From: a bacterium
GTDB lineage: Bacteria > Patescibacteriota > Patescibacteriia > UBA9934 > GWF2-40-263
Reading direction: 5' to 3'
Length of the DNA stretch: 64,000 bases
NCBI GenBank assembly: GCA_020057555.1
Contig: JAGVFR010000028.1
Coordinates: forward strand, 12,444-76,443
Below, one piece after another: positions 37,501 through 48,109 of the stretch. A program made the translations under genes and the position numbers. The notes below the pieces were generated by a model. The model made no database searches. It was not told the DNA's origin and saw only the letters and a program-made list of their open reading frames with translations. Every line of letters begins with the position of its first letter. Within the stretch, counting starts at the first letter, position 1.

Positions 37501-38541
37501 TTTGAGACGATTGTTGCGGTTGATAACACGGCGATAAAGATCGTTCAAATCAGAAGTTGCAAATCTGCCGCCATCAAGAGGAACCATTGGGCGAAGATCT
37601 GGTGGAATGATTGGAACAACTTCCAAAACCATCCATCCTGGTTTGATATTGTTTATGAAAAGCGATTTTAGTAATTTGAGACGTCTTAGCAAACGATCGC
37701 GTTTTGTTTTTGTCGCATCTTCAAGTTCCTCTTCGAGCTTTTTCATTGTTTCCTCAACATTCACGCGTCTTAACATTTCCTGAACAGCTCCAGCGCCAAT
37801 TCCTGCTTCAAAAATATGACCGTACTTGAGCGACCAATCATGATATGTTTGTTCAGAAATAATAGACAAAACTTTCATGTCTTCAAGATCATTCATCACT
37901 TGTTCATAATCCAAAGTCAGTTCCTCTGTTTTCTGATCGCGAATTTCTTCCAAACGATGCATTTCTTGTTTAATTTTCTTTTCATCAGTTCCAAACTTTT
38001 CTTCAAGACGTCCAACATCGCGCTTAAATTCACCTTCAATCATTTTCTCTTTGCTCTTTTTTTCTTGTTTAACTTGTTCAATAGTTTGTTCTTTTGCTTC
38101 TTCATTTATATTGGTGATAATGAAGCTTGCAAAGTAAATAACTTTTTCCAAATTCTGAATTGACATGTCAAGCACTGTTCCGATTTTGGAAGGTACTCCG
38201 CGCAAAAACCAAATATGCGTAATTGGACATGCGAGCTCGACATGACCCATACGTTCGCGTCGAACAATCGAGTGTGTTACTTCAACTCCACACTTATCAC
38301 AAACAATTCCTTTGTAACGGATTTTTTTATACTTACCGCAATAACACTCCCAATCTTTTGATGGTCCAAAAATCTCTTCAGCAAACAAACCGCTTTTTTC
38401 AGGTTTCTGTGTGCGGTAGTTGATTGTTTCCGGTTTTAATACTTCTCCGAATGACCAGGAACGCATAACTTCAGGTGAAGCCAAGCGTAGGCGAATGGAG
38501 TCAAAGTCTGTTGATTTGAGCGAGTCTTGTTTTTTGAACAT
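34516..38541 (-). CDS. rpoC: DNA-directed RNA polymerase subunit beta'
   Basis: 1341 aa. Zn finger [23 protein letters not shown]. Active site [14 protein letters not shown]. Confidence 0.95.
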   Translation of the reverse strand: MFKKQDSLKSTDFDSIRLRLASPEVMRSWSFGEVLKPETINYRTQKPEKSGLFAEEIFGPSKDWECYCGKYKKIRYKGIVCDKCGVEVTHSIVRRERMGHVELACPITHIWFLRGVPSKIGTVLDMSIQNLEKVIYFASFIITNINEEAKEQTIEQVKQEKKSKEKMIEGEFKRDVGRLEEKFGTDEKKIKQEMHRLEEIRDQKTEELTLDYEQVMNDLEDMKVLSIISEQTYHDWSLKYGHIFEAGIGAGAVQEMLRRVNVEETMKKLEEELEDATKTKRDRLLRRLKLLKSLFINNIKPGWMVLEVVPIIPPDLRPMVPLDGGRFATSDLNDLYRRVINRNNRLKRLYELNAPEVISRNEKRMLQEAVDALIDNSARHSKTVIAATGKKRQLKSLADQLKGKQGRFRQNLLGKRIDYSGRSVIVVGPHLKLDQCGLPKKMALELFKPFIISKLIEREYVHNIRSANRFIESDRPETWDILEEIIKDAFVLLNRAPTLHRLGIQAFRPTLIEGKAIQIHPLVCDAYNADFDGDQMAVHVPLTQEARAEAREIMLSSKNLLKPAHGGPVVTPGKDIAWGIFYLTMELTPMPKEKTGLPIFSDETDALYAVRIGHLKWRDWCVVRLKNGETLITSPGRVIVNSQFPHEVPFMNQTLGKKELSNIVKYYLELNGSELTAQFLDRLKELGFEYSTQSGYSWGMSALPTIANKPALIAEGESRLRETEEFFEQGLLTASERHSSIIKIWSEIKDRIADESKKSLSKDSSAYTMIESGARGTWGQMTQMVGMKGLVANPAGEIIELPVKSSFKDGYDVLEFFISSHGVRKGLTDTALRTANAGYLTRRLVDVAQDVIVREEDCGDDQGVHLTKEESDEIGEPLIVRILGRSALSDVKKPGGRKIIVKAGEIITEEHIRELEAAGENLTEAHVRSVTTCRLRRGVCRKCYGYDLAFNKLVRMGTAVGIMAAQSIGEPGTQLTMRTFHTGGVAGKDITQGLPRVEELFEARNPKQKAIMSEVSGKVSVEIAQREIVQAGTGKQIVDIRPGQKAVKVAYTSIEEEPHIVGKASKILVKDGESVIKGQSLAEKSSGVIESKVDGVVKIGKAGVVNVISEVEKIREYIIPPGYTLYVKDGDEVQSGDPLTDGNLDLQVLFKHKGQAAVQKYLSKEIQFIYASQGQKLNNKHIEIIIHQMFSRVRVLDPGDTDLLPGEIIEKATFLDANDDVGKGKEATSEELFLGITKISLSTDSWLSSASFQETAKVLISAAVTGKVDRLEGLKENVIIGRLIPAGTGYEGMQKEMIGEINLPEELEITIPTREIVGEIEKAFSENKVIGEDEKKELVEE

Positions 38542-38543
38542 AT

Positions 38544-41500
38544 TTATTTTGACTTCTTCTCTCCTGGCAGGTCGACCTTTTTGCCATCTTTCAAAAGCTC
38601 AACATCCAGACACAGACCCTTAAGCTCTCGAACAAGCACATTAAATGATTCTGGGATATTCACTTTTCTTATTTGCTCACCTTTGATAATTGCTTCGTAT
38701 GCTTTTGATCGGCCGGGAACATCATCTGATTTGATTGTAAGAATTTCTTGAAGAGTGTGCGCGGCGCCGTATGCTTCCAAAGCCCACACTTCCATTTCTC
38801 CGAAACGCTGTCCTCCGAATTGCGCTTTTCCACCGAGCGGTTGCTGTGTGATAAGCGAGTAAGGACCGATCGAGCGTTGATGCATTTTGTCTTCAACCAT
38901 GTGAGAAAGTTTGAGAATGTACATGTATCCGATTGTCACAGGGTTTTCGAATTTTTCACCATTTCTTCCGTCATAAAGATCAACCTGACCTGTTGTTGCC
39001 ATTCCGGCTTTTTCCAATTCTTCATGAATCTGCGCTTCTGTTACTCCATCTAGAACATGAGTTGTAACGTTGTATCCAAGCGCGTTTGCGGCAAGACCCA
39101 AATGGACCTCGAGAATTTGTCCGAGGTTCATACGTGAAACAACTCCAAGCGGAGTGAGGATAACATCAAGCGGAGTTCCGTCTGCTAAAAACGGCAAGTC
39201 AGCCATTGGAACAACTCTTGAAATAACACCTTTGTTTCCGTGACGTCCCGCGACCTTATCACCAACTTGAATTTTTCGAAGGTCAGCAATTGTAACTTGG
39301 ATTGATTTGATAACTCCTGGTGAAAGTTTGTCTCCAGCTTCTCGAGAGAAAATCGTTACATCAACAACTTTTCCGTGTTCACCATGTTCAAGATATAAAG
39401 AAGAATCACGAACATCGCGCGCTTTTTCTCCAAAGATCGCTCGAAGCAATTTTTCTTCTGCTGAAAGTTCTGTTTCACCTTTTGGAGTAATTTTTCCAAC
39501 CAAGATATCACCTGACTTTACTTCAGCTCCAATACGAATTATTCCTTCAGCATCAAGGTGTTTCAATTTTTCTTCTGAAACGTTTGGAATGTCAGACGTA
39601 ACAACTTCTGGACCAAGTTTTGTGTCGCGAACATCAATTGTGTAGTTTTCAATGTGGACTGAAGTAAATCTGTCATCATGAACAAGCCGTTCAGAAATAA
39701 TAACAGCGTCTTCAAAGTTATATCCGTCCCATGCCATAAATCCGACCAAACAATTTTGTCCAAGCGCGAGTTCTCCGTGATCAACCGCTGACGAGTCAGC
39801 AACAACGTCACCCTTTTTGATTTTCTGTCCTTTATCTACAACTGGTCGTTGATTGATTGCTGTTGAATTGTTAGAACGCAAAAACTTTTTCAACTCGTAA
39901 TCAAACACATTGTCGTGCTTGTCTGTAATTTGAATTCGACTTGAGTCAACTTGTGAAATTTCTCCTTCTTGTTCTGCGACAACAACGTGGCCTGAATCTT
40001 TTGCCGAACGTTTTTCAACACCGGTTCCAATAATTGGCGCATCAGGTTTAATAGTTGGAACAGCTTGACGTTGCATGTTTGTTCCCATGAGCGCGCGAGT
40101 CGCGTCATCGTGTTCCAAAAACGGAATAAGCGCGGTTCCAATTGAAACGATCTGCTTTGAAGAAACGTCCATGTAATCAATTTCTGATTGTGAGACGATT
40201 TTTGGTTCCCCATATTTTCTTCCGCCAATAAATTCATCAATAAAATATCCATTTTCATCAATTGGAATTGTTGCCGGAACTGTAACTGATCGTTCTTCTT
40301 TGAATGCATTGATAAATTCAACCTCGTCAGTCGCTCTGGCGATTTTTTTTCCATTTTTTTCTTCTTTTACAACTTTTCGATATGGAGTTTCAATAAACCC
40401 ATAATCGTTGATAATTGCATATGATGCGAGGTGGCCGATAAGTCCGATGTTAGGTCCTTCCGGAGTTGCGATTGGACAAATACGACCATAGTGAGTTGGG
40501 TGAACATCGCGAACTTCAAAGCCCGCGCGCTCACGCGAAAGACCACCAGGCCCCATAGCTGAAAGTCGACGTTTGTGTTCGAGCTCCGCAAGTGGGTTTG
40601 TTTGATCCATGAATTGTGAAAGCTGTGAACTCATGAAAAATTCTCGCACAGCTCCAATAACAGGGCGAGCATTGATGAGCTTTCCTGGAGTAAGAGCTCC
40701 GATATCTTGAGTTGACATTCGATCTTTAATAATGCGTTCCATTCGAGCAAGACCAACACGGAAACGACCCTGAATGAGTTCACCAACAGCTCGCACGCGA
40801 CGATTTCCCAAATGATCTACATCATCAGGATCACCTTGTGTGATATTTAAATTGATAATCTCTCGAACAATTTTTACTAAATCTTCTTTTCTGATAATTC
40901 GTTTCTTTTCATCTGCAACTTCTTCTGGCGAAACATCATCATTGAAGCGCAAATTAAATTTGTATCGTCCGACTTTTCCCAAATCGTATCGATCAAAATT
41001 GAAAAACATTGAGTGAATAAGACCTTTGGCATTATCAGCTGTTGCGCGATCTCCAGGTCGAATACGCTTGTACACTTCAATCAAACCATCATCTTCATTT
41101 TTTGAAATGTCTTTGTTCAGCGTTGCTTCAATGTAGTGATTGATTGGATGAGTATCAATGTCTTTAAAGAAAGACATAATCTCTTCGTCAGTTGAAATAC
41201 CAAACGCGCGCATAAGAGCTGTAACAGGGACTTTGCGCTTGCGATCGATTTTTACCCAGATCACGTTTTTTGGATCTGTTTCAAATTCAAGCCATGCTCC
41301 GCGGTTTGGAATAATCTTTGCTCCATAATATCTGCGTCCTCGATAAACTTCCGCGGTAAAAAATGCTCCAGCGCTTCGTACAAGTTGTGACACGACAACA
41401 CGCTCAACACCGTTAATCACAAATGTTCCGCGTGGAGTCATGATTGGAAGATCACCCAAATAAATTTCCTGTTCTTTGACGTCTTTTGTGCGCAAATTCA

Positions 41501-41810
41501 CAAGGCGAGTTTTAACTCGAAGTGGCGCTTCAAACGTCACGTTTTTCATGCGTGATGTTTTTTCATCAAACTTTGGCTCATCCAAATAATAATCATCAAA
41601 ATAAAGCTCGAGATCGCGACCAATAAAGTCGTGAATAGGTGTGACTTCAGAAAAAAGCTCTTTGATTCCCTCATCAAAAAACCAACGATAAGAACGACGT
41701 TGAACCTCAATCAAGTCAGGAAGCTCAAGAGCATCCGTGGCTGTATTGAAGACTTTTCGCTCTCGTGTTTTAACAGGGGTGCGGCGATATATAGGCATAA
41801 TAGAAAACAA
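38544..41810 (-). CDS. rpoB: DNA-directed RNA polymerase subunit beta
   Basis: 1088 aa. Conserved blocks such as [26 protein letters not shown] and [21 protein letters not shown]. Confidence 0.95.
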   Translation of the reverse strand: MFSIMPIYRRTPVKTRERKVFNTATDALELPDLIEVQRRSYRWFFDEGIKELFSEVTPIHDFIGRDLELYFDDYYLDEPKFDEKTSRMKNVTFEAPLRVKTRLVNLRTKDVKEQEIYLGDLPIMTPRGTFVINGVERVVVSQLVRSAGAFFTAEVYRGRRYYGAKIIPNRGAWLEFETDPKNVIWVKIDRKRKVPVTALMRAFGISTDEEIMSFFKDIDTHPINHYIEATLNKDISKNEDDGLIEVYKRIRPGDRATADNAKGLIHSMFFNFDRYDLGKVGRYKFNLRFNDDVSPEEVADEKKRIIRKEDLVKIVREIINLNITQGDPDDVDHLGNRRVRAVGELIQGRFRVGLARMERIIKDRMSTQDIGALTPGKLINARPVIGAVREFFMSSQLSQFMDQTNPLAELEHKRRLSAMGPGGLSRERAGFEVRDVHPTHYGRICPIATPEGPNIGLIGHLASYAIINDYGFIETPYRKVVKEEKNGKKIARATDEVEFINAFKEERSVTVPATIPIDENGYFIDEFIGGRKYGEPKIVSQSEIDYMDVSSKQIVSIGTALIPFLEHDDATRALMGTNMQRQAVPTIKPDAPIIGTGVEKRSAKDSGHVVVAEQEGEISQVDSSRIQITDKHDNVFDYELKKFLRSNNSTAINQRPVVDKGQKIKKGDVVADSSAVDHGELALGQNCLVGFMAWDGYNFEDAVIISERLVHDDRFTSVHIENYTIDVRDTKLGPEVVTSDIPNVSEEKLKHLDAEGIIRIGAEVKSGDILVGKITPKGETELSAEEKLLRAIFGEKARDVRDSSLYLEHGEHGKVVDVTIFSREAGDKLSPGVIKSIQVTIADLRKIQVGDKVAGRHGNKGVISRVVPMADLPFLADGTPLDVILTPLGVVSRMNLGQILEVHLGLAANALGYNVTTHVLDGVTEAQIHEELEKAGMATTGQVDLYDGRNGEKFENPVTIGYMYILKLSHMVEDKMHQRSIGPYSLITQQPLGGKAQFGGQRFGEMEVWALEAYGAAHTLQEILTIKSDDVPGRSKAYEAIIKGEQIRKVNIPESFNVLVRELKGLCLDVELLKDGKKVDLPGEKKSK

Positions 41811-42337
41811 AAAGAAAACCTTTGATTTAGAGGTCTTCCTTATTTATTTTGTTTGTGGGTTGAGAAAGCCATCAAAGAGTGGGTGAGTTCTTTAGATGGA
41901 AACTACCTTCTGTGCACCTGGTTGACCGTTCAGCCACAAACGAGGTGAAATATTTTGTCAAACTTTGCTCAAATTAGCTAAAAATGACGAAATGCAACGA
42001 GATAGTAACATGCGCTGGTACGAACGTCAAGTGCCATATGTGAACTTTCAGTGGATTGTCAAGAGTTAGGATTTTTTAGCTAAAAAAAGCAAAAAGACCG
42101 TTGTCAGGTCCTTTGTAAACTTGGGTTTATCCACAGCCTCCTTTTCACAAGGCTGCGAAGTGAAGCCACGAAAGAGTTACCGAGTCAAAACATCTGAGCA
42201 TGAGGAGAGAGATTTTGCCGCATTCCGTTAGGAACACAGCGATGCTCGCGGTTTTCATTCGGAAATATCGTACCCCACATCGCAGCCTTGCAAAAACAAG
42301 GCGTAATAACACTTAATATTATAGTGTTAATTTGGAA

Positions 42338-42385
42338 AAAATCAAGTAAAAGGACCAAAAGGACGAAGAAGACCAAAATGACCAA
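42338..42385 (+). repeat. Five tandem imperfect purine-rich 9-mers in the long rpoB leader region
   Basis: aaaaggacc aaaaggacg aagaagacc aaaatgacc aagaaggaa. Confidence 0.5.
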
Positions 42386-42496
42386 GAAGGAAACCCCATT
42401 TTTACTCAATTTTCTATCTACAATCTTCGATATCACGAAATATGATTGTGGAGAGAAGAAAAAGTGGGTCCAAGTGAATGGGTGGACCCTGCCCAG

Positions 42497-43639
42497 TTAC
42501 TGCACTATTGCTTCGAAACCATGTGTAATCTCGACAAGCTCCCCTGCGACAAGATCATCGTCCCAAGGAACTTCGACTGCCTTTACGAGGCCGAGTTCGT
42601 TCAAGCCAATCAGTTGCGCTTGAATTTTCCCTTGAACTTCACAAATAAACGTAAAGAGAGGAGTTTTGATCGGAATGTAGTCGCATTTGAGTCTGCTTGG
42701 GTCTATGAAACCTCGCTCAAACGACCCGATGAGCGGAACTTCAGAACAGCGCTTGCGATCAACGGCGTATGGGTAGTAGACCCAACAGCCATCGACCTTT
42801 TTCATATAAGCAACTTGTCCAGCTCCCATGAGCTTTTCTGGCTTGCCATCGATCTCGCCTGTCGTAGCGTGGCGATCGTCTGGAAGTTCGAGTAATGGTC
42901 CGGCTCCGAATTGATCGCCGTCTCTGTAAACGATTCGCGCCTTTGGCGGATCGACCGGTTCTGACGAAGAGATTCGTCGAATAGGCTCCGGAAAAATCGT
43001 AGGTCTTTTTCCTTTGAGACGAACGACCTCGATCTTCCTGTCAGACCCAGTCAGTGAAATGTGCCCGCCGACTTCTCTCGGAGGTCCGTCCTTATGAAGA
43101 CGGTATCTGCACTGCGGGACAGTTACAGAACCGAGAAGTGGATCTGGAACGATCGTGACTGTCATGTAGACGGTCAACAGCAGACGATCGAGCTCGCTCC
43201 AATCTGATCCAATGAGCACGACAAGTTCTGATCGCGAACGACGCTTCGCATCGAGATTAACAGCTTCTCCCACGCACTCACAGATCTCATCGACAGCAAG
43301 TTCGACTGCAGTCGGTGATTTTTGCGCACGCGCTCGAATGAGTGCTTTCTTTGCGCGACCGATCGCACTAGCGAACCTCGCACGATCAGCACGTCTTTGT
43401 CGCGCCATTTCCGCGTTGAGCTCTGCGCCGACAGTATCACCGATCGTGCTGTGCGCTGTCTGCGGCGGTGGTCTCTCTCCTACCTCTTGCCTATTCCCTA
43501 TTCCCTCTTGCCTCTTGCCAACTTCCGGCCTTGTACCAGGAACGAAGTTTGAAGCACCAAGCGCCACAGAAATTTGCGTTGTTCGAACCTTGATCGGCGC
43601 CGCGACTTGCGGCTTTGGCGTTGTCCGAATCTTCTCCAT
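42497..43639 (-). CDS. Hypothetical protein (380 aa) on a GC-rich island. The N-terminus is Arg-rich and disordered; the C-terminal domain is globular.
   Basis: Long ORF at ~55% GC. Ribosome-binding site GAAGGGGGAG is followed by ATG. I could not recognise a family. Confidence 0.55.
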   Translation of the reverse strand: MEKIRTTPKPQVAAPIKVRTTQISVALGASNFVPGTRPEVGKRQEGIGNRQEVGERPPPQTAHSTIGDTVGAELNAEMARQRRADRARFASAIGRAKKALIRARAQKSPTAVELAVDEICECVGEAVNLDAKRRSRSELVVLIGSDWSELDRLLLTVYMTVTIVPDPLLGSVTVPQCRYRLHKDGPPREVGGHISLTGSDRKIEVVRLKGKRPTIFPEPIRRISSSEPVDPPKARIVYRDGDQFGAGPLLELPDDRHATTGEIDGKPEKLMGAGQVAYMKKVDGCWVYYPYAVDRKRCSEVPLIGSFERGFIDPSRLKCDYIPIKTPLFTFICEVQGKIQAQLIGLNELGLVKAVEVPWDDDLVAGELVEITHGFEAIVQ

Positions 43640-43884
43640 TTTTCTCCCCCTTCATCCTCGATTATCTCATCAAGGAATTTGTTACGCCAATGTTTACTCT
43701 TCTACAATAAAACCGCTCAGGGAGGTCGAGAATGTCACATAGTGATCTAGGCATGGCCGTAGATGTGTGTAACGTGACGAATCAACACGGTGCAAAAAAA
43801 GTTTTCACCTTGTCTGCATCGGAGATCGCGCCAGGGTGGGTTCTCGTCCTCCATAAGCGGTTTTAAAAGTTCACATTGAAAACA

Positions 43885-43935
43885 AAATCCCATGTTTGGA
43901 GAGATATAGCGAACATATCACCAAACACGGGATTT
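43885..43935. other. 14/15-bp stem-loop in the island intergenic region
   Basis: aaatcccatgtttgg...ccaaacacgggattt. Confidence 0.5.
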
Positions 43936-44037
43936 CCTTAATTTTTCGCGACTCTCTCCAGAAACGCGAAAACGTAAATTGTGATTTTTTTAGAGCCAGC
44001 CCCGACAGAGTGTCGGGGCTGCTCAGGTTGAGTGTTA

Positions 44038-44448
44038 CTATACCGGATTGCCAGGGCACGTCATGTCGAAACGGAACCAGTTTCCAGCCGGCGACTGCAC
44101 TCGCTGTCCTCCGCACGAACCAGCGAAGAAAGAGCTAGTAAACGAGGTGTGGGCGAAGTAGATCTGGTCGCCTACGACGTCGCCGTCCTTGTCGTGCTGG
44201 ATCTCTGCCAGAATCTCACCGGTCTGCGCATCGTAGAAACGCTCCAATCCGGCGACATAGTGCGCTCCATCGCGCTCGACGACACAAGTACCATCGACGG
44301 TCTGGTGACCGATCATGTAGTCGCCAAGGTTTCGAACCATGAGCTCCGTTCCATTGGGACACGGGTGATCCACATCCTCCGGGAGTTTGGCCGCGCACGC
44401 GGATACGAACAGCGATACGACGAGCACCATCACGAGTAAGTAACGCAT
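44038..44448 (-). CDS. Putative lipoprotein (~136 aa), GC-rich
   Basis: Start MRYLLVMVLVVSLFVSAC (lipobox-like SAC), with AAGGAGG 7 nt upstream. It contains six or more Cys residues. Confidence 0.6.
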   Translation of the reverse strand: MRYLLVMVLVVSLFVSACAAKLPEDVDHPCPNGTELMVRNLGDYMIGHQTVDGTCVVERDGAHYVAGLERFYDAQTGEILAEIQHDKDGDVVGDQIYFAHTSFTSSFFAGSCGGQRVQSPAGNWFRFDMTCPGNPV

Positions 44449-44597
44449 TGTCTCCTCCTTGGCTTTCACGCCTGATTGTAGATTTCTGCCCACACTTGCG
44501 GACAGTGTTCAATCCATATAAATGAACTGAACACTATCAGCATATTTATTGTGTCATTCTGAGGGAGTAATTCATTCGTGATCCTTCACGGAATTTA

Positions 44598-44665
44598 CCC
44601 TGAGCGGAGGCAATCATGGCCTTCGACAGGCTCAGGCAATAATTGCCGAAGTCGAAGGGTTCAGG
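44598..44665 (-). repeat. Family-1 intergenic element plus an adjacent partial GTCGAAGG hairpin
   Basis: The reverse complement is aattattgcctgagcctgtcgaaggccatgattgcctccgctcaggg. The stem is CCTGAGC/GCTCAGG. Confidence 0.6.
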
Positions 44666-44702
44666 ATGACAAGAAGGAAGAAAGTTGCTCTGGACGACAA
44701 CT

Positions 44703-44781
44703 GTTTGAACGGTTGTGCTGTGTCGAAGGGAACAGCGGCGATAGTCCGATGGCCCGGAGACATAGCACAACCGTTCAAACT
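44703..44781 (+). ncRNA. Family-2 structured RNA motif, copy A. A conserved 42-nt core lies inside a long hairpin with a covarying closing stem.
   Basis: gtttgaacggttgtgctgtGTCGAAGGGAACAGCGGCGATAGTCCGATGGCCCGGAGACATagcacaaccgttcaaac. Confidence 0.5.
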
Positions 44782-44823
44782 ATGATGAAATAATTTAACG
44801 AACAAAGATATCACAAAATGCCG

Positions 44824-44852
44824 ATTTTGTCAAGAACGCTTCTGTGCTAAAA
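44824..44852 (+). promoter_or_regulatory. Putative ftsK promoter (TTGTCA, spacer, TGcTAAAAT)
   Basis: ttgtcaagaacgcttctgtgctaaaatg. Confidence 0.4.
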
Positions 44853-44859
44853 TGTCTCC

Positions 44860-47184
44860 ATGTCACGCAGACGCAAACGTACGTATAAACGAGCCGAAGA
44901 AGAGAGCAAGGGCTCCATCCTGGGAATTGAGCTCAATCAAGAAACAAAACGCGGCATTATTGTCGTGTTGCTTTTTGCAGTTGCGGCGCTAATGTTCCTG
45001 TCGTTTTTCCAAATTGCAGGAAGTCTTGGAACAATTATAAATTCTGGTCTTTCTCAATTTTTTGGCTTTGACCGCTTTCTTGTCCCACTTGTTTTAATTA
45101 TGATAGGAGCAACACTTGCATATCCGGAGCGTGGAACTTTTTCAACTTGGAATTTACTTGGGTTGTTTTTCTTTTTCTTGTCATTCAATTCAATACTAAA
45201 TCTTTTACTTGTTAATAAGCCTGAACCGTTCACACAAAATCTTTCTTCTGCTGGTGGATATCTTGGTCAATTCTTGGGTTTACTTTTGCCAACTTTCGTT
45301 GGTTATTGGGGAGCGATCGTAATTGCGATTGCTCTACTTTTTATTTCAATAATGCTTGCCTTTAACACGTCGCTTCATAAGCTTGGCCCAGCGCAAACTC
45401 ATTTGTCAGGTTGGATTGGGAGAATGTTTAGTAGAAAAATCGGAGAGGTTGCAGAAGTTGAAGAGGCAGAATATGACGAAAAGGTTGGAGAAGTTGAAGA
45501 CGAAGAAGAAGTCGAAGAAGAAAATCACGAATTTCATGCAAAACCTGTTGAAGTAACAAAACAACTTGAAACTCTCCTTGCTACAAAACAACGACGTCAA
45601 ATTAACATTCCACTTACTTTGCTTGATCGTTCAACATCAAAAGCTCAATCAGGTGACATTGAACGCAACAAAGAAATTATTGAAAAGACATTTCATGAAT
45701 TTGGAATCGACGTCGAAATGGGAAACATTTCTGTTGGCCCAACAGTCACGCAATATACACTTCGTCCAGCGCAAGGAATCAAGCTCGCACGAATTGTGAG
45801 TTTGCAAAATGACCTTGCGCTTGCTCTTGCCGCGCACCCAATCCGTATGGAAGCTCCAATTCCTGGAAAATCCCTGGTTGGTATTGAAGTTCCAAATACA
45901 AAAGTTGCGACAGTTACGCTACGAGATGTTATTGAATCAAAACCATATCGTGAATGGAAAGGGGCTCTTGCAATTCCACTTGGAAAAGACGTGTCTGGCG
46001 GAACTTGCATGATCTCACTTGATAAAATGCCTCATCTCCTTGTTGCCGGAGCAACTGGTTCTGGAAAAAGTGTATGTCTAAATGCAATTATTTTATCACT
46101 CATTTATCAATACGGTCCTGATGATTTGAAATTCATCTTGGTTGATCCAAAACGTGTTGAACTAACAGCGTATGCTGGAATTCCACACTTACTTGTTCCT
46201 CCAATTGTTGGAGTTGATGACACAGTAAACGCGCTTAAATGGACTGTGAGAGAAATGGAACGACGTTTAGACATGCTATCAAAACATGGAGCGCGAAACA
46301 TTGATGATTACAATGCTAAGGTCGAAGAACGCATGCCAAAAATTGTAATTTTGATTGATGAACTCGCAGATCTTATGTCAGCAAGTGGGCGAGAAGTTGA
46401 AGCAACGATTGTCCGTATTGCTCAAATGGCGCGCGCTGTTGGAATTCATCTTGTACTTGCAACTCAACGTCCGAGTGTTGATGTTATAACGGGGCTTATT
46501 AAGGCCAACATCCCTGGACGTATTGCCTTCGCAGTTGCCTCTCAAACCGATTCACGCACAATTCTCGATCAATCTGGTGCAGAAAAACTTCTTGGTCGTG
46601 GTGACATGCTTTTCACATGCGCAGAAATATCAAAACCAAAACGAATTCAGGGCGCGTTTGTTTCTTCTGATGAAGTTGAGCGAATTGTTTCGTTCCTTCG
46701 TAAAAAAGGAGAACCTGATTACAATTTGGCAATCACTGAAATCACAAAAGCCGGAACAGTTTTTGATAATCCGGAAGATAGCGATCCAATGCTTGAGGAA
46801 TGTGTCCGAGTTGTTCTACAGTCCGGGAAAGCTTCGACGTCTTTACTGCAACGACGACTTCGCATTGGATATTCACGGGCCGCTAGAATAATGGATCTAC
46901 TTGAACAAGGCGGAGTTATTGGTCCACCTGATGGTTCAAGACCGCGCGAAGTGTTGATTGATGAATGGCCACCTGGAGGAAATATAAAAGAGGGAATGCC
47001 AATTGCGCAAGATGATTATGAAGAGGCTTGGGGAAAAGAAACTAGAGAAGCTGAAGAGGCAGAAGAAGTTGTAGCGGTAGGCTTTGGCATTCCAGAAGCT
47101 GAAGAAGCTGCAGAAGATCAAGAAGTGGAAAAAGATGAGAAGGAAAACTGGGAAGATAAGATCGATGACGAATGGATAAAATAA
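44860..47184 (+). CDS. ftsK: DNA translocase FtsK/SpoIIIE
   Basis: 774 aa. N-terminal TM helices, Walker A GATGSGKS, a C-terminal gamma-like domain and an acidic tail. Confidence 0.9.
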   Translation: MSRRRKRTYKRAEEESKGSILGIELNQETKRGIIVVLLFAVAALMFLSFFQIAGSLGTIINSGLSQFFGFDRFLVPLVLIMIGATLAYPERGTFSTWNLLGLFFFFLSFNSILNLLLVNKPEPFTQNLSSAGGYLGQFLGLLLPTFVGYWGAIVIAIALLFISIMLAFNTSLHKLGPAQTHLSGWIGRMFSRKIGEVAEVEEAEYDEKVGEVEDEEEVEEENHEFHAKPVEVTKQLETLLATKQRRQINIPLTLLDRSTSKAQSGDIERNKEIIEKTFHEFGIDVEMGNISVGPTVTQYTLRPAQGIKLARIVSLQNDLALALAAHPIRMEAPIPGKSLVGIEVPNTKVATVTLRDVIESKPYREWKGALAIPLGKDVSGGTCMISLDKMPHLLVAGATGSGKSVCLNAIILSLIYQYGPDDLKFILVDPKRVELTAYAGIPHLLVPPIVGVDDTVNALKWTVREMERRLDMLSKHGARNIDDYNAKVEERMPKIVILIDELADLMSASGREVEATIVRIAQMARAVGIHLVLATQRPSVDVITGLIKANIPGRIAFAVASQTDSRTILDQSGAEKLLGRGDMLFTCAEISKPKRIQGAFVSSDEVERIVSFLRKKGEPDYNLAITEITKAGTVFDNPEDSDPMLEECVRVVLQSGKASTSLLQRRLRIGYSRAARIMDLLEQGGVIGPPDGSRPREVLIDEWPPGGNIKEGMPIAQDDYEEAWGKETREAEEAEEVVAVGFGIPEAEEAAEDQEVEKDEKENWEDKIDDEWIK

Positions 47185-47191
47185 AATTACT

Positions 47192-47893
47192 GTGCCTTTC
47201 ACAATCCGACAATTCAACCACCAAGAACTTCTTTGCGATAAACTCAAAACACTTCGCAAAGAGGCAAATTTTACGCTTTCACAAATGGCGGAAAAAACAA
47301 AAATCCGAAAACAATTTTTGAAACGACTTGAAGCTGGTCAATATGATAAATTGCCAGATCCCATCTACACACGAAATTTCTTAAAAGTATATTTACGAAT
47401 TCTCAATACTGAAGATTCCTACTTCTTGGATTTGTTTGAACAGGAACGTGGAACATGCGACTTCATCAAGCAAGCATGTCTGCCACGTCAACGCGCACAC
47501 AGTCTTCGATTCTTAGTTGCAAGTCGGTTTATAAAGATCGGATTATTTAGTTTTGTAGCTTTAAGTGTTGTCTTTTATTTTGGAATCCAAATCCGCACAA
47601 TAATCATGCCGCCAGAACTTTCAATTTTTGAACCACAAGACGGAATAACAACTCAAGACGCAACAATTTCTGTTTCTGGTCAAGCAGAAGATGGTGCTGG
47701 AGTTAAAATAAACGGAAATGAAGTTCTTATGACAAAAGACGGAACGTTTGAATTTGAAATAGCTCTTGAACGCGGAATCAATATTATCAAGATCGAAAGT
47801 ATGAAGCGTTATTCAAAGCCAGCAGTTGAATATAGACGTGTAGTTCTAAACCAAGATCGGTCCGTGTCTCTTATTCCACTTGTGGATAAATAA
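47192..47893 (+). CDS. rodZ: RodZ-like protein (N-terminal HTH, one TM, C-terminal domain)
   Basis: HTH LRKEANFTLSQMAEKTKIRKQFLKRLEAGQYDKLPDPIYTRNFLKVY followed by a TM segment IGLFSFVALSVVFYFGI. Confidence 0.6.
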   Translation: MPFTIRQFNHQELLCDKLKTLRKEANFTLSQMAEKTKIRKQFLKRLEAGQYDKLPDPIYTRNFLKVYLRILNTEDSYFLDLFEQERGTCDFIKQACLPRQRAHSLRFLVASRFIKIGLFSFVALSVVFYFGIQIRTIIMPPELSIFEPQDGITTQDATISVSGQAEDGAGVKINGNEVLMTKDGTFEFEIALERGINIIKIESMKRYSKPAVEYRRVVLNQDRSVSLIPLVDK

Positions 47894-48016
47894 CAAAATC
47901 TTGAACAATGTCAAAAAAAGATAACACGAAACCTCCGCTCACTTGAGCGGTTGTTTTGTATTTGTGTTTAAAAAACCAAACAAAACCCTTGATTTTATTG
48001 GAGAAAGTAGTAAAGT

Positions 48017-48106
48017 AGCATAGTAGAAAAGTAGCAAAGGAATTCTAAAAATCTTCCATTTTACAACCATCTGCCACTCTGTTACTGTCTACTCTACTAC
48101 TACTTT
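48017..48106. promoter_or_regulatory. AAAGTAG / CTACT repeat motifs upstream of recA in both orientations. The same motif lies upstream of clpP (3936-3972) and efp (49768-49792).
   Basis: aaagtagtaaagtagcatagtagaaaagtagcaaagg ... ctgtctactctactactactttt. Confidence 0.5.
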
Positions 48107-48109
48107 TAT

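Noticed and set aside
42288-42623. 111-aa +strand ORF
   Set aside because: It is lysine/threonine low-complexity, generated by the tandem purine 9-mers, and overlaps the 380-aa gene's C-terminus
42446-42895. 149-aa +strand ORF
   Set aside because: It is entirely antisense to the longer 380-aa minus-strand ORF, which has a credible ribosome-binding site. It has no motifs.
44698-44790. Integron attC site (palindrome with GTTTGAAC ... GTTCAAAC ends)
   Set aside because: The ends do not fit the R'' RYYYAAC and R' GTTRRRY core rules, and no intI is nearby. The covarying stems favour a structured RNA.
27588-47890. Replication origin inferred from DnaA boxes (TTATCCACA at 27591 and 42128; inverted at 47880)
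   Set aside because: The boxes are isolated and tens of kb apart. There is no cluster, no AT-rich DNA-unwinding element and no dnaA or dnaN nearby.
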